A DNA stretch of 64,000 bases. Origin: Octopus bimaculoides. Taxonomy: Eukaryota. The stretch covers positions 194,415 to 258,414 of the forward strand of contig NC_068984.1 in NCBI RefSeq assembly GCF_001194135.2. The letters are read 5' to 3'. This document shows, piece by piece, positions 25,510 to 36,794 of the stretch (position 1 is the stretch's first letter; each line of letters opens with the position of its first letter). The notes under the pieces were generated by a model. It had not been told where the DNA came from. It worked only from the letters and a program-made list of their open reading frames with translations, and did no database searches. The translations under genes and the position numbers were made by a program.

Positions 25510-25540
<31 letters not shown>

Positions 25541-27886
25541 TAACGCCCGCTTTCCATGCTAGCATGGGTTAGACAATTTGACTGAGGACAGGCGAACCAG
25601 ATGGCTGCACCAGGCTCCAATCTGATCTGGCAGAGTTTCTACAGCTGGATGCCCTTCCTAATGTCAACCACTCCAAGAGTGTAGTGGGTGCTTTTACATG
25701 CCACTGGCACGAAGGCCAGTCTAGTGATACTGGAAACAGCCATGCCCAGGTGGTGTTTTAAAACGTGCCACCTGCACAGGAGCCAGTCCATCAGCACTGG
25801 CAATGACCTCGCTCGAATGTTTTTTCACGTGCCAGTAAGGCAACGCTGGTAATGATCACGCTCAAATGGTACTTTTCACGTGCCATCAGCATGGGAGCCA
25901 GACAGCTGCTCTGGCAATGATCCCGCTTGGATGGAGCTGTCAGCGCTCCACAGGCATGGGTACCAGTCATTGAATTTGGTTCAGTTTCGATTTCACTTGC
26001 CTCAACAGGTCTTCACAAGCAGAGTTTTAGTGTCCAATGAAGGAGAGGTACACATAAGTGGGCTGGCTACACTCCTGCCAAAGACCACGGGTTATAGTCT
26101 CACTTGGCTTGCCTGGTCTTCTCACGCGTAGCATATCTCCAAAGGTCTCGGTTACTAGTCATTGCTTCGGTGAGGCCTAATGTTCGAAGGTCATGCTTCA
26201 CCACCTTTCCCAGGTCTTCCTGGGTTTGCCTCTTCCACAGGTTCCCTCAACTGCTAGGCTGTGGCACTTTTTCACACAGCTATCCTCATTCATTCTCGCC
26301 ACATAACCATACTAGCGCAATTGTCTCTCTTGCACACCACAAGTGATGCTTCTTAGGTCCAACTTTTCTCTCAAGGTACCTACACTCTGTTGAGTATGCA
26401 CAGTGACATTACACATCCATTGGAGCAGACTGGCTTCATTCCTTTTGAGCTTACGCATGTCATCAGCAGTCATGGCCCATGTTTCACTGCCATGTAGCAT
26501 GGCTGTTCGTACACATGCGTCATACAGTCTGCCTTTTACTCTGAACAAGAGGCCCTTTGTCACCAGCAGAGGTAAGAGCTCTCTGAACTTTACCCTGGCT
26601 ATTCTTATTCCAGCAGCTACACTTTCAGTCCCCCCTCCCCCACTACTGACTTGGTCACCTAGGAAACGTAAGTTATCAACTACTTCTAGTTTTTCTCCTT
26701 GGAATGTGGCAGAAGTTGTTCTCTGCACATTTTCAGTGTTTATTGCTCCTGAGCATCTGCCACATACAAAAACTATCTTCCCAGTTAGCCTTCCTTTGAT
26801 ATTGCTGGACCTCTAAAGTGTCCATAGCTTACACTGGGTACATCTTATGGAGTTCTCCCTATGCCTTTTCTACAGATCAAGCAGGGCCATCTACCTGAAG
26901 GGGTTTGTGGTTTCTCTACCTTTCTACTTATAAGGACTTTGATTTTAGCTAGGTTGACTCTAAGGCCCTGCAATTCTAATCCTTGCTTCCACTCATGAAA
27001 CTTCTCTTCTAGTTCTGATAGTGACTCAGCAATTAGCGCAAGGTCATCAGCATAGAGGAGCTCCCAGGGGCAACCTGTCTTGATTTCCTCTGATATCGCC
27101 TGGAAGACTATGATAAATAAGAGGGGGCTGAGGACCGAACCTTAGTGGACCCTTATCTCTACCTGGAATTCTTCACTGTACTCTTTGCCAACCCTCACCT
27201 TACTGACAGCATCCCTGTACATGGTTTGCACAGCTCTCACTAACCATTCATCTATCCTTAGTTTCCTCATTGACCACCNNNNNNNNNNCACAGCTCTCAC
27301 TAACCATTCATCTATCCTTAGTTTCCTCATTGACCACCAGATAAGGGATCGGGGGACCCTGTTAAAGGCTTTCTCCATGTCAATGAAAGCCAAGTAGAGA
27401 GGTTTATCTTTGGCTAGGTATTTCTCCTGCAGCTGTCTTACCAGAAATATAGCATTAGTGTGCTTTTCCCTGGCACGAACCCAACAGCATCTCGTCTAAA
27501 CTGACTCGCTCCCTAATTAGTTGGGCTATGACTATCTCTGTGACCTTCATTACTTGATTCAACAACTTGATACCTCTGTAATTATTTGTATCTAAAGCGT
27601 CACCTTTACCTTTGTAGCAGTTGACTATGATGCTGCTACACCAGTCATTGGGTATGACTCCTTCATGTATCACCTGGTTAACTATACGGGTGACTAGGCT
27701 ATAGCCAACACCGCCAGATATTTTGAGCATCTCTGCAGTGATTCCTGATTGGCTGGGGGCTTTCCCTGTCTTCATACACTTAATTGCTTTATCTATCAAG
27801 GAACTGTCAACTCTGATAGCTGGTCCCTCTGTTGGGTCGACATTCGGCAGACTCTCTTTCTCCCATTCATTTTCTTTATTGAGCAA
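25510..27886 (-). mobile_element. RTE LINE, longest fragment in the window (RT through 3'UTR and (GAT)n tail)
   Basis: KTGKAPSQSGITAEMLK, NYRGIKLL, AFIDMEKAFNRVPR, GCPWELLYADDLALIAES, PHD-like module, MLHGSETW; frameshifts and stops present. Confidence 0.93.
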
Positions 27887-27974
27887 CCTTTCATAGTGGC
27901 GTCTCCAAACCTCTCTCTTTGCAGCCTCGTATTATTATTAAAAGAAATCATCGTAATTATTATTATTATATTCA

Positions 27975-28347
27975 GTAGTTTTATTTTTATAACGTGCTTT
28001 CACTTCACTACCGAGTGCAGCTCTGTGTGCCTTGGGTATGTGCTGTGGTTTGCTGTAATGCTCTTATGGTTACTGTATTGAAAGTGTTTTGCGTAGGATG
28101 TGTGCAGTGTCCAGTAGTGCAATTTTCTGTATGTTATATATATTTGTAAGTCCTGGTGTTTTTGTTATGTATTTGTCTGAATATTTTTTTTATTATACCC
28201 AAGGCCCCTACTATGATAGGAATTGTTTCTGTTTTTAGATTCCACATTCGAGTTACCTCTATTTCCAGGTCTTTGTATTTTGAAAGTTTCTCCATTTCTT
28301 TTAGGGAAATGTTGTCATCTGCTGGTATTGATACATCAATTAGAAAG

Positions 28348-28348
<1 letters not shown>
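27975..28348 (-). mobile_element. R4/Dong-like non-LTR retrotransposon 3' fragment (restriction-like endonuclease domain)
   Basis: LIDVSIPADDNISLKEMEKLSKYKDLEIEVTRMWNLKTETIPIIVGALGII and IQKIALLDTAHILRK; flanked on both sides by (TAT)n. Confidence 0.8.
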
Positions 28349-28381
<33 letters not shown>

Positions 28382-28534
28382 TACTTCTAATCTGTATATC
28401 TGTTACAAACACTTGCTGAGACACCCCCAGCGTCCTGGGGTGAGTGAAGGATAAAAGATGTTGCAGTATTACCGAAAGCTTGGAGACAGGGAGTGGCAGG
28501 GGCAGTAGTGAAATATATTCATGTAATACAACAC

Positions 28535-28730
28535 AGACATTTAAATGGATAGGATTTTTCTTAGGATGTGGGCAGTACTTGTCAGTACAACCTTTTGGAT
28601 TTCCCTGAGACATCGTTCTCCTAGGATGTTATCTAGAAGTTTCTGACATCCCTTTTTTTTATCATATTTAGGGCACTGTATAGTCCAAAAGAAACTGTAC
28701 TCTACAAACAGGATTTGAATTGTATCCAAC
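28535..28730 (-). mobile_element. Second R4/Dong-like 3' fragment
   Basis: EIQKVVLTSTAHILRKILSI C-terminal motif. Confidence 0.6.
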
Positions 28731-29903
28731 CATAACAGAACTAGTCTGAAAGTCTCTCAATGCAAGACAATACCTGGAAACTTAGTCATTTTTATACAAG
28801 TTGTGTTGTTCATTTCCAGTATTCTGCAATAACTTGTCTGGCCTTGGGGAAATATTACCTTGCTTGGAAACAAGTAAAGGTTGGTGATGTGAAAGGCATC
28901 TGGCAATAAAAATATTTACTTCAATAAGCTGTCTGACCCATGCAAGCATGGAAAAGTGGATTTTAAAATGACGATAATGATTTCTTGTAATTATTTTTTC
29001 TAATTACTTTCATTTTTAAACCAATAGTTTCTCTTTTCTTTTGTAATTTATGGAAATGAGGTGGAGTTCAAGACATTTGGCTTTTGGAACTATTTAGTTG
29101 AATATTTTAGCTAATGCATTTTTCTTCTTTCTGAGAATGGTATAATTTCCTCCTTTTTCTCTCAGACTATATAAGCACCTGATCATGTGGATTAAGCATA
29201 TTTCTTCCTGTTGGACTATTCTGTGTGCATCCTGTATGAATTTTTAGTCTCTTGTCATTTGGCTATTTGTTATTTAGTTTCAACTTGGTTGGCTGACATT
29301 TATTTATTTAATTTTGACATTTACTGTCTTTATTATTTATTAGTTACTGCTGCTGTCATTTCTGCTATCTTGACAGATCGACAGCACCAGGCCACATATC
29401 TATGAGACTTGGTTTTTGATTTGCTTTTTAATTTATATTTCTTTTGCTTCAATCTGAATACTTGCTTAAACATATTTTTGGTGCAATTGTTTTCATAGTT
29501 TCATGTATTCTGTAATGCTACCCAATTTTCAAATAGAAACATCTATTTTCGCCTCGTCTGTATACCACAGCCACACTGATTCAACGCTAACCAAGGTACA
29601 TTACTCTGCTTGTCTTGTCTTGCCCAGCTGAGAACAGCATTTCTATGTTGTATCTAAAGAATAAAGAAAGGAAAAAATATTTTACTGCTATAATCTCTAT
29701 GGAAATATCTATAACTATATTTATTCAGCTCATCTAGCATAGAAAAGTGGGTGTAAAAACCAAGTTAATGTTTAATTATAAATATTATTGTCCAATCAGA
29801 TAAATATCCATGCTTCTGTATTGGCAGGTCTTGGTGAAAGCTATTGAACAAATTGAAATTTAACTCCAGAAATTTACTGAGAGATAAAACAAGAGCTGCA
29901 CGT

Positions 29904-29937
<34 letters not shown>

Positions 29938-30876
29938 CATCATCATCATTTAACGTTCATGTTCTATGAAGCATGGATTTGATGGTTTGACAAAGATCTG
30001 ACAAGTCCAAGGACTGCATTGTGCTCCAGTGTCTGCTTTGGCATGGTTTCTATAGTTGGATGCACTTTCTAATGCCAACCACTTTACAGTGTGTGCTGGG
30101 TGCTTTTTTTTTTTTTTTGCCAGCAATACTATTGAGGTCACCTTGTAGCTTGCAAGACCTGAGGAGGAGGGTCTTGTATCCTTATGTTCAGTGGGGGGGA
30201 GGGGTCCAGGTATGATGGAAGCAGTTGGTGTAGAGGAGGTACATGGCTGCTGATATTAAGGAGAGTGAGTGAGAATGAAGTTGAGGTATCTGCAAGGAGA
30301 GATATGGTGATGATGTGTACAGGTGGCACCACAAGTAGGTGGGTGGGGATTTGCAAGTGTGTATGGGGGAAGAGACAGGGGAAATGGGTAGGAGGAAGGA
30401 AGGTAGGTAGGCAACCTCTGTAAAGATTGGGAGGGGACAATAGGGTGGGGTGCACCGTTTGGGGAGACTGGAAGAATGCTAGCGAAAGGGTAGTAGTGAG
30501 AAAACTGTTGACGCCAGAGAGATGATATGTTTGGGTAAGCTGCAGGAATGGAGTACAGAGATAGACAAGGCATGGTTGCAAGAGGAGATATAATCTGTTG
30601 GTCCAGGGAAGTGGGGGATGGGGTGGTCAGCATAACATTTTATTGTTTCGATATCCACTTTTCTATTCTTACATGGGTTGAGGCAGATTTTCTACAGCTG
30701 GATGCCCTTCCTGTTGTTAACCCTCACCTGTTTCAAAGCAAGTTAATATTTCCTCATAGCCAGACATGTTTTTTGCAGAGTGTTGGAAATGAATAACGCT
30801 GCTGTATGACAATATCATGTGATGTCAAGACAAGAAATTCCCCTCTGCCCCATGCACACACTCATACATACATGTT

Positions 30877-30929
<53 letters not shown>

Positions 30930-31619
30930 ACACAAACTTCTTTCACTTTCCATCTCTCAACTACACTCACAAGGTTTTATTCAGCCTGAGAAGTAGAAGA
31001 CACTTGCTGAAGGTGATGTGCAGTGGAACTGAACCAGGAACCATGTAATTGAGAAGCAAACTACTTAACCACACAACTGTGTCTGTACTGATTGTGTGTG
31101 TGTATATATAGTACTTCAGGCATGTGTATGGTTAAGAACTTCTCATGTCAAGTACTTGATTTCAGGTTTAGTCCCATTGCGTAACACCCTGAGCTTGTGT
31201 CTTCTACTATAGACCTAGTTGGACTGATACTTCTTGCTAACAAATTGTTGGGTAGGTCTGTATATTCCAAGACGAGGTGAACGGAAACACCTTTATCTGA
31301 AAGGCAGGTAAGAAATAGCTACAACCACAGACCAAATCTGTGGTTGGTGCAAGGTTCCAGCTTAACAAGGTGATGTGGTGGGGATGGAACTGTGTGATAG
31401 AGAAAGCCATTCAGACAATGAGTCGGGCTTGGAATGGCTGAAAGAATATTGGGGACAACAGAGTATTATACCAGAGAAGTTAGATGACAGGTTTACTTAG
31501 CAACAGGAGAAGTAAAATGTGTTCTATGAGTAGATCAGTTATTAGTCTACTCCTATTCATCCATAGTCCAGCAAGAGTTTAAGTCTGGGTGTTCCTAGAA
31601 AATCCTTTATGCTGATAGC

Positions 31620-31867
31620 TTCATTCTCATTCCTCGATCTGTTGTAGAATTGGCAAAGAAATTCTGGGTGTGGAAACAAACCTTGTTATGGAAGGGCCTC
31701 AAAGTTAACTTAACAAAGAATAAAGTTTTAGTAAATAGCAAAACAGACAGGACTGTACATTGATCATGGAAATGATCTTGTTTGATTTGTAGGAAAGGAA
31801 TTGGTAGAGATTCTATGAAGTATAGCCAGTGCAAACTGTGGACACATAAAAGGTAAAGTGACAGGTT

Positions 31868-31909
<42 letters not shown>

Positions 31910-32230
31910 AGCAATACATACTAAGGTACACAGAAAAATAGACTTTCTCAAATGTTAGGAAGGATTCTTAGAGGTAGTAATTAGTTTCAGTTATCTAAGG
32001 GACCTAAAAAAGCAATGGAGGAGGATGTACTGAAATTATAGGAACCCGTTAGAACAGGCTGGAGCAAGTTTAGAGATCTATCATCTGAGTTGGTAGTAAG
32101 AAGTTTGTCTCTCTCTCTCTATGATGCTTGTATATGAACTGCAATCGTTTGTGATAGTGTGATGTGGACACTGAAGACTTGCAAAGACTAGAAAGAAAGG
32201 AGACGAGCTTTGCTCTGCTGAATGTGCAAT
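31620..32230 (+). mobile_element. Heavily decayed RTE LINE fragment
   Basis: Recognisable homology to 36800-37500 (aaagttttagtaaatag, aaactgtggacacataaaagg, gttagaacaggctggagcaagttt). Confidence 0.6.
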
Positions 32231-32938
32231 GACTAAGTACAAATGTGTTGACAGACTAGAAACTAATTAGAGATGGGGAATATATTTAATGCAGTAAGAA
32301 TAAAAAAATATAATTTATCATTATCAGTTTTACGTCTGCTTTCTCATGCTTGCATGAGTTAGTGGAGTCCTCTCCACTAACTCATGCAATAACTTGCCAT
32401 TTCTTGTGCTCTTTTGTTATTTTCTTTGTGTGATACATCATGAGATCAGCTTTCCTTATGTCTGCCCATGTCTCTATTATGATTAATAGTGTTTTAAATT
32501 GATTTTGACAAGCATGGGAGACAACTCCAGAGATGTTTCGATTGCATTAGATCTCTTTAGCAAAGCATATATGTTCTTGTAAGGAATCATAATGTTAGAT
32601 TACATTATTGTAATGTAGGTAGGTATGAAAAATTAGCATAATTACAAACACTAATCACTCAAATTATTTGCAGATAAAATAATTTGAAAGTTTATTGCTG
32701 TCAAATCATGGCCTCATTTAAGAGAGTGAATGAAGTTTAACTAAAAAATAGATTTCAATCTGATATTGGGAAGCAGTAATGAGTTATATATGCTTGAAGA
32801 TACATTATTTACATTTGACAGATATTTGTCCTCAACTTGTTTGTTGTTAACATGTTTCGGCTGATATACCCTCCAGCCTTCATCAGGTGTTTTGGGGACA
32901 TTTTGAACCTGGATTCTCATTCCTAAAGTATTTTTCGA

Positions 32939-32973
<35 letters not shown>

Positions 32974-33679
32974 TTGATCGTTACCAACGTCGCCTTTCTG
33001 GCACTTGTACCAGTGGCACAAGAAAAGACATTCGAGCGAGATCGTTGCCAGTGCCACTGGATTGGCTCCTGTGCAGGTGGTGCGTAAAATACACCATTTT
33101 GAGCGAGGCCGTTGCCAGTACTGCCTGACTGGCCTTTGTGCCGGTGGCACGTAAAAGCACCCACTACACACTCGGAGTGGTTGGTGTTAGGAAGGGCATC
33201 CAGCTGCAGAAACTCTGCCAAATCAGATTGGAGCCTGGTGTAGCCACCTGGTCCACCAGTCCTCAGTCAAATTGTCTAACCCATGCTAGCATGGAAAGTG
33301 GATGTTAAACGATGATGATGATGAGGTCACTGCCTGGAATCGAACTTGGAATCTTGGGGTTAGTAACCCACGAAACATGCTGCCCCCTAGAGGAACATCG
33401 CAAAGCTGTGACACGGGGAGATATTGATAAATTGGGTATAGCTGATCATGCATGGAAAAAGGGAGACCACCTCCCCCTGTGGGATGTAGTTAAATTAATA
33501 GACAGAGAACACCACTGGAAAATACCAGAACTAAAAGAAGCAGCACATATGCAAGGACACAACAACCTCCTAAGCAGACCGAGTGCAGATATGAACAGCA
33601 TATGGGAACCAGTATTAAGGAAGGATAGAAAAAAAATATTAGATTTATAAGCCCTAAAATTCACTCCATAATTGCCCAC

Positions 33680-33743
33680 GGGCATATGGCGTAGTGGTTA
33701 AGAGCGCGGGCTACTAACCCCAAGATTCCGAGTTCGACTCCAG
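33680..33743 (+). promoter_or_regulatory. tRNA-derived head with Pol III A and B boxes
   Basis: A box TGGCGTAGTGG at 33687-33697 and B box GAGTTCGACTCC at 33730-33741; no complete acceptor stem, so not a tRNA gene. Confidence 0.75.
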
Positions 33744-33823
33744 TGACCTGAATAATAATTATAATAATAACAACATCGAAAAATACCTTAGGAATGAGAA
33801 CCCAGGTTCGAAATTTCCCCAAG

Positions 33824-33867
33824 ACACCTGATGAAGGCTGGAGGGTATATCAGTCGAAACATTGTGT
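33824..33867 (+). ncRNA. Minimal hammerhead-ribozyme-like motif in the Penelope pseudo-LTR
   Basis: ACAC-CUGAUGA-A-GGCUG-GAGGGUAUAU-CAGUC-GAAA-CAU-U-GUGU: stem I ACAC/GUGU and stem II GGCUG/CAGUC. A second, more damaged copy lies on the - strand at 32851-32890. Confidence 0.6.
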
Positions 33868-34245
33868 TAACAACAAACAAGATGAGGACAAATATCCGTC
33901 AATTGTAAATAATGTACATAATTCCTCATCTCTTAAATATAGAACTGTATTACTTGAAGATGTTATTAAAACCATGTCAAGGTAGATGTGTGAAGACAGC
34001 TGACTCATTAATTATTTTGGAGTTTGGAATTGATTATTGTTTTATAGGAATTTACCATCACATCCTTATCATTCTCATGTTGTCTTGTTACTTTAATCAC
34101 CTCAACATTCTCATCTTGTCACAAGTGAAGGGAACCTTTATGTGGCTATTTGAATAGCCAGAAATAGCAGCTAGACACACACTACCATATTAAGAATACC
34201 CTAGTGGGACACATTCAATTATATAGTCTGGTATATACTATTTTT

Positions 34246-35800
34246 GATTAGGTATTGTCCATGAACTCCTAACAGATGAACTGTAGACAAGGACCTTCAC
34301 TGTGGATGAGCTATCAAGCTGGTCCACAGACAAGGAACTTCAGGAGGTGGTAAACGAGACCCAAGCGTGACTGGTTGATTGTATTCTCTCTCTTGTTTGT
34401 GGTTATTTTTATCTGGAGCTTCACAAAATCTATGGTGACCTCAAAATACAAAACATGTCAACATGGCAAGGGATAATAACACCGTCACACTGAAGCTTCC
34501 ACAATTCTGGTTGAAGGGGGCTGATGTATGGTTTGCACAAGTTGAAGCACAATTCAACATAAGGAAGGTCACCTCAAACCTGATGGAATATACATAACAG
34601 CAGCCGTGGATGAAGACACAGCAACAAGGGTGCTAGACATTCCAATTCAACCATTGGCTACTCACAAATAAGCCACTTGAGAAGTGAGACTTGTGGAAAT
34701 ATTCTGTAAATTGCTACCCCGTGTCCAGTCTCTCATAACTCAGACTGAGATCAAGGATCTATGGCAGTTGGCGAAAGTGGCCAAAATGCTTTTTTTGTTT
34801 AGAGGGGTTATAATCAGTGCCATAAGGTGGCCCCCAAGACATGATGAAGCTACATAAGACAATCTGTGTTTCTATCCCACAAAGCTTGGGGCAAAGGCTT
34901 CCAAGTGTATGCAACCATGTAGCTTCAAGAGCCTTTTGTCATTGGCCCTGGGAAACTCCACAGCTGGTAGCTGGCAAACATGATCAACTGCTCCTATATG
35001 TCCATGATTGGAGCTCTGGATGAATATTCCTAATTGAAACAGGAGCAGCATTCGCAAGGGGCCGCCATTACAGAGAGCAAGGCCAACCTTCAGTGGCTGC
35101 CAATGGTTTCACAATCGAAGCATTTGGATGCTGCAATCTCTCCCTTCACATCTTACACTTGGGCATTCACTGTTGCCAATGTCCATCAGCCTATTACTAG
35201 AGCAGACTTTCCTCAGGCACACTCACTGCTGGCCAATCTTCAGGGAAGATCACTCATCAACAGCAACACTTTATGCCTTTCTTTCTCTTGCAGCATCTGC
35301 ACTTGCTGCCCCTCGCATAGCAGCTGTCTCTCAGACCCACCATGAATTCTCGAATCTCCTTGTAAGCTGTCTGAATCTCACTACCATGATATTCTCCAAA
35401 CCCACAACCCACCCTGGAGTGAAACACCACATCCCCACCACTAGCCCTACAGTGCACAGCCATGCATGCCATCCACTAGCAGACAAATTTGCTATTGCAA
35501 GGGCTCAGTTTGACAATATGGAAGCTTTGGGCATTGTTCGTTGATCAAGCAGTCCCTGGTCATCACCTTTACATGTGGCACCAAAACCCAATGGAAGTTG
35601 GCAACCTTGTAGAGATTATTGCCATCTCGACACAAACACAGCACCCAACTGCTACCCCATTCTCAGAACCAGTTAGCCAGGTGCTCAATTTTCTCAAAAG
35701 TTGACCTCATCTGAGGTTACCATCGAATACCAGGGTGAGACAACGACGTGCCTTAAACTGCTGTGATCACTTCTTTTGGGCTGTCCTAATTTCTAAGTGC
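34246..35800 (+). mobile_element. Ty3/Gypsy LTR retrotransposon 5' fragment (LTR, PBS-like site, gag, protease, RT start), decayed
   Basis: TGGTGACC at 34433; LKLPQFWLKGADVWFAQVEAQF (gag); FLIETGA and FTVANVHQPI..ADF (protease region); GIVR*SSSPWSSPLHVAPKPNGSWQPCRDY (RT N-terminus). Confidence 0.9.
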
Positions 35801-36794
35801 ACCTTTTGACTTAAAAAATGCAGCACAACCCCTTTAATGCACTCATTCATTTTGTAAAGTTATTGGTGTTAGGAAGCAGATTGCTTTAGAAACCACGTCA
35901 ACATAGAAATATAAAAGTGAAGGCATGGTGTCCCCCCATCTCTGACTCATCTGACCCTGTTACAACGTGTCCCACCCACAGCAGTATGAAAATGGGATGT
36001 AAAATGACGAGAATTTTCAAATACAACTAATATCTTTTACAGATACAATTTGATTAATATCTTTTTCAATATTAGTGTCTTTTCTCAATAATTAATAATG
36101 CCATTTTTCAGATATATTTAATTAATCTCTGCTGTTTTTGTGTTTTAGAGCAGAATAAAACAGACTAAATAAATGAAACATTAACAAGTTTTGATTTATG
36201 TCATCTTAATTTATTCTAATTTAATTTTGTTGCTCAATGTCTTCATATTGGTGACATTGATGTGGTTGACATCCAGTTTAAATTGCTTGAGGTCAGTTTT
36301 CGCATATTGAAAAAATAATCCAGATATTGATCTCAATGTCTCATTGGAGACAGTGATGTTGTTGATATTTAATCACCTTTCAGGTAACACCTGCTGGGGG
36401 AAATATGAGTGGGAAAGTAATTCCTGTGGTTTGATATTGTGTGGAGAAAGAATTTAGTAGGACCTGGGAAGGGTGACAAACTGAGTGAAGGAATTAATAT
36501 AACAGGAGGGTTTGAGTGGAGATGGGTAAATAACTATGAGCCGATGTGAAGGTCTGAGTCGAGTTTGGTCCATGGATTGGAAGCTGAAACTAGTGTAGTA
36601 GTGGTAGAAGAACTAATTAGAGAAAAGAGCACAGCTCTAGGGTATGGGCTGGAATGTGTTGATGAAAGTCATTGTCAATCAGCCAGACTACATTTAGATG
36701 GTGTTTGGTATATATTTGTATAGCCATTATATGGCAATTGTGTTTCCTTGTGGATCTTGTGATCGTGCTTAACTTTTGCAGGGAATCAGCATTT

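Larger units (their letters stand above)
32801..33950 (+). mobile_element. Penelope-like element: inverted partial pseudo-LTR, GIY-YIG C-terminal fragment, pseudo-LTR; the left repeat is interrupted by an RTE-tailed element (32975-33323)
   Basis: 33372-33650 encodes ETCCPLEEHRKAVTRGDIDKLGIADHAWKKGDHLPLWDVVKLIDREHHWKIPELKEA, resembling Penelope GIY-YIG C-termini. 32801-32974 plus 33324-33372 is the reverse complement of about 33705-33916. The insertion is flanked by a duplicated AGGT. Confidence 0.8.

Noticed and set aside
30150-30620. Purine-rich segment (also 38220-38640) faintly resembling Penelope RT-endonuclease linkers on the - strand
   Set aside because: Too degenerate to call without a profile search.
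33680-33743. tRNA gene
   Set aside because: It has A and B boxes but no complete acceptor stem, and it is embedded in a repeat; treated as a tRNA-derived head.
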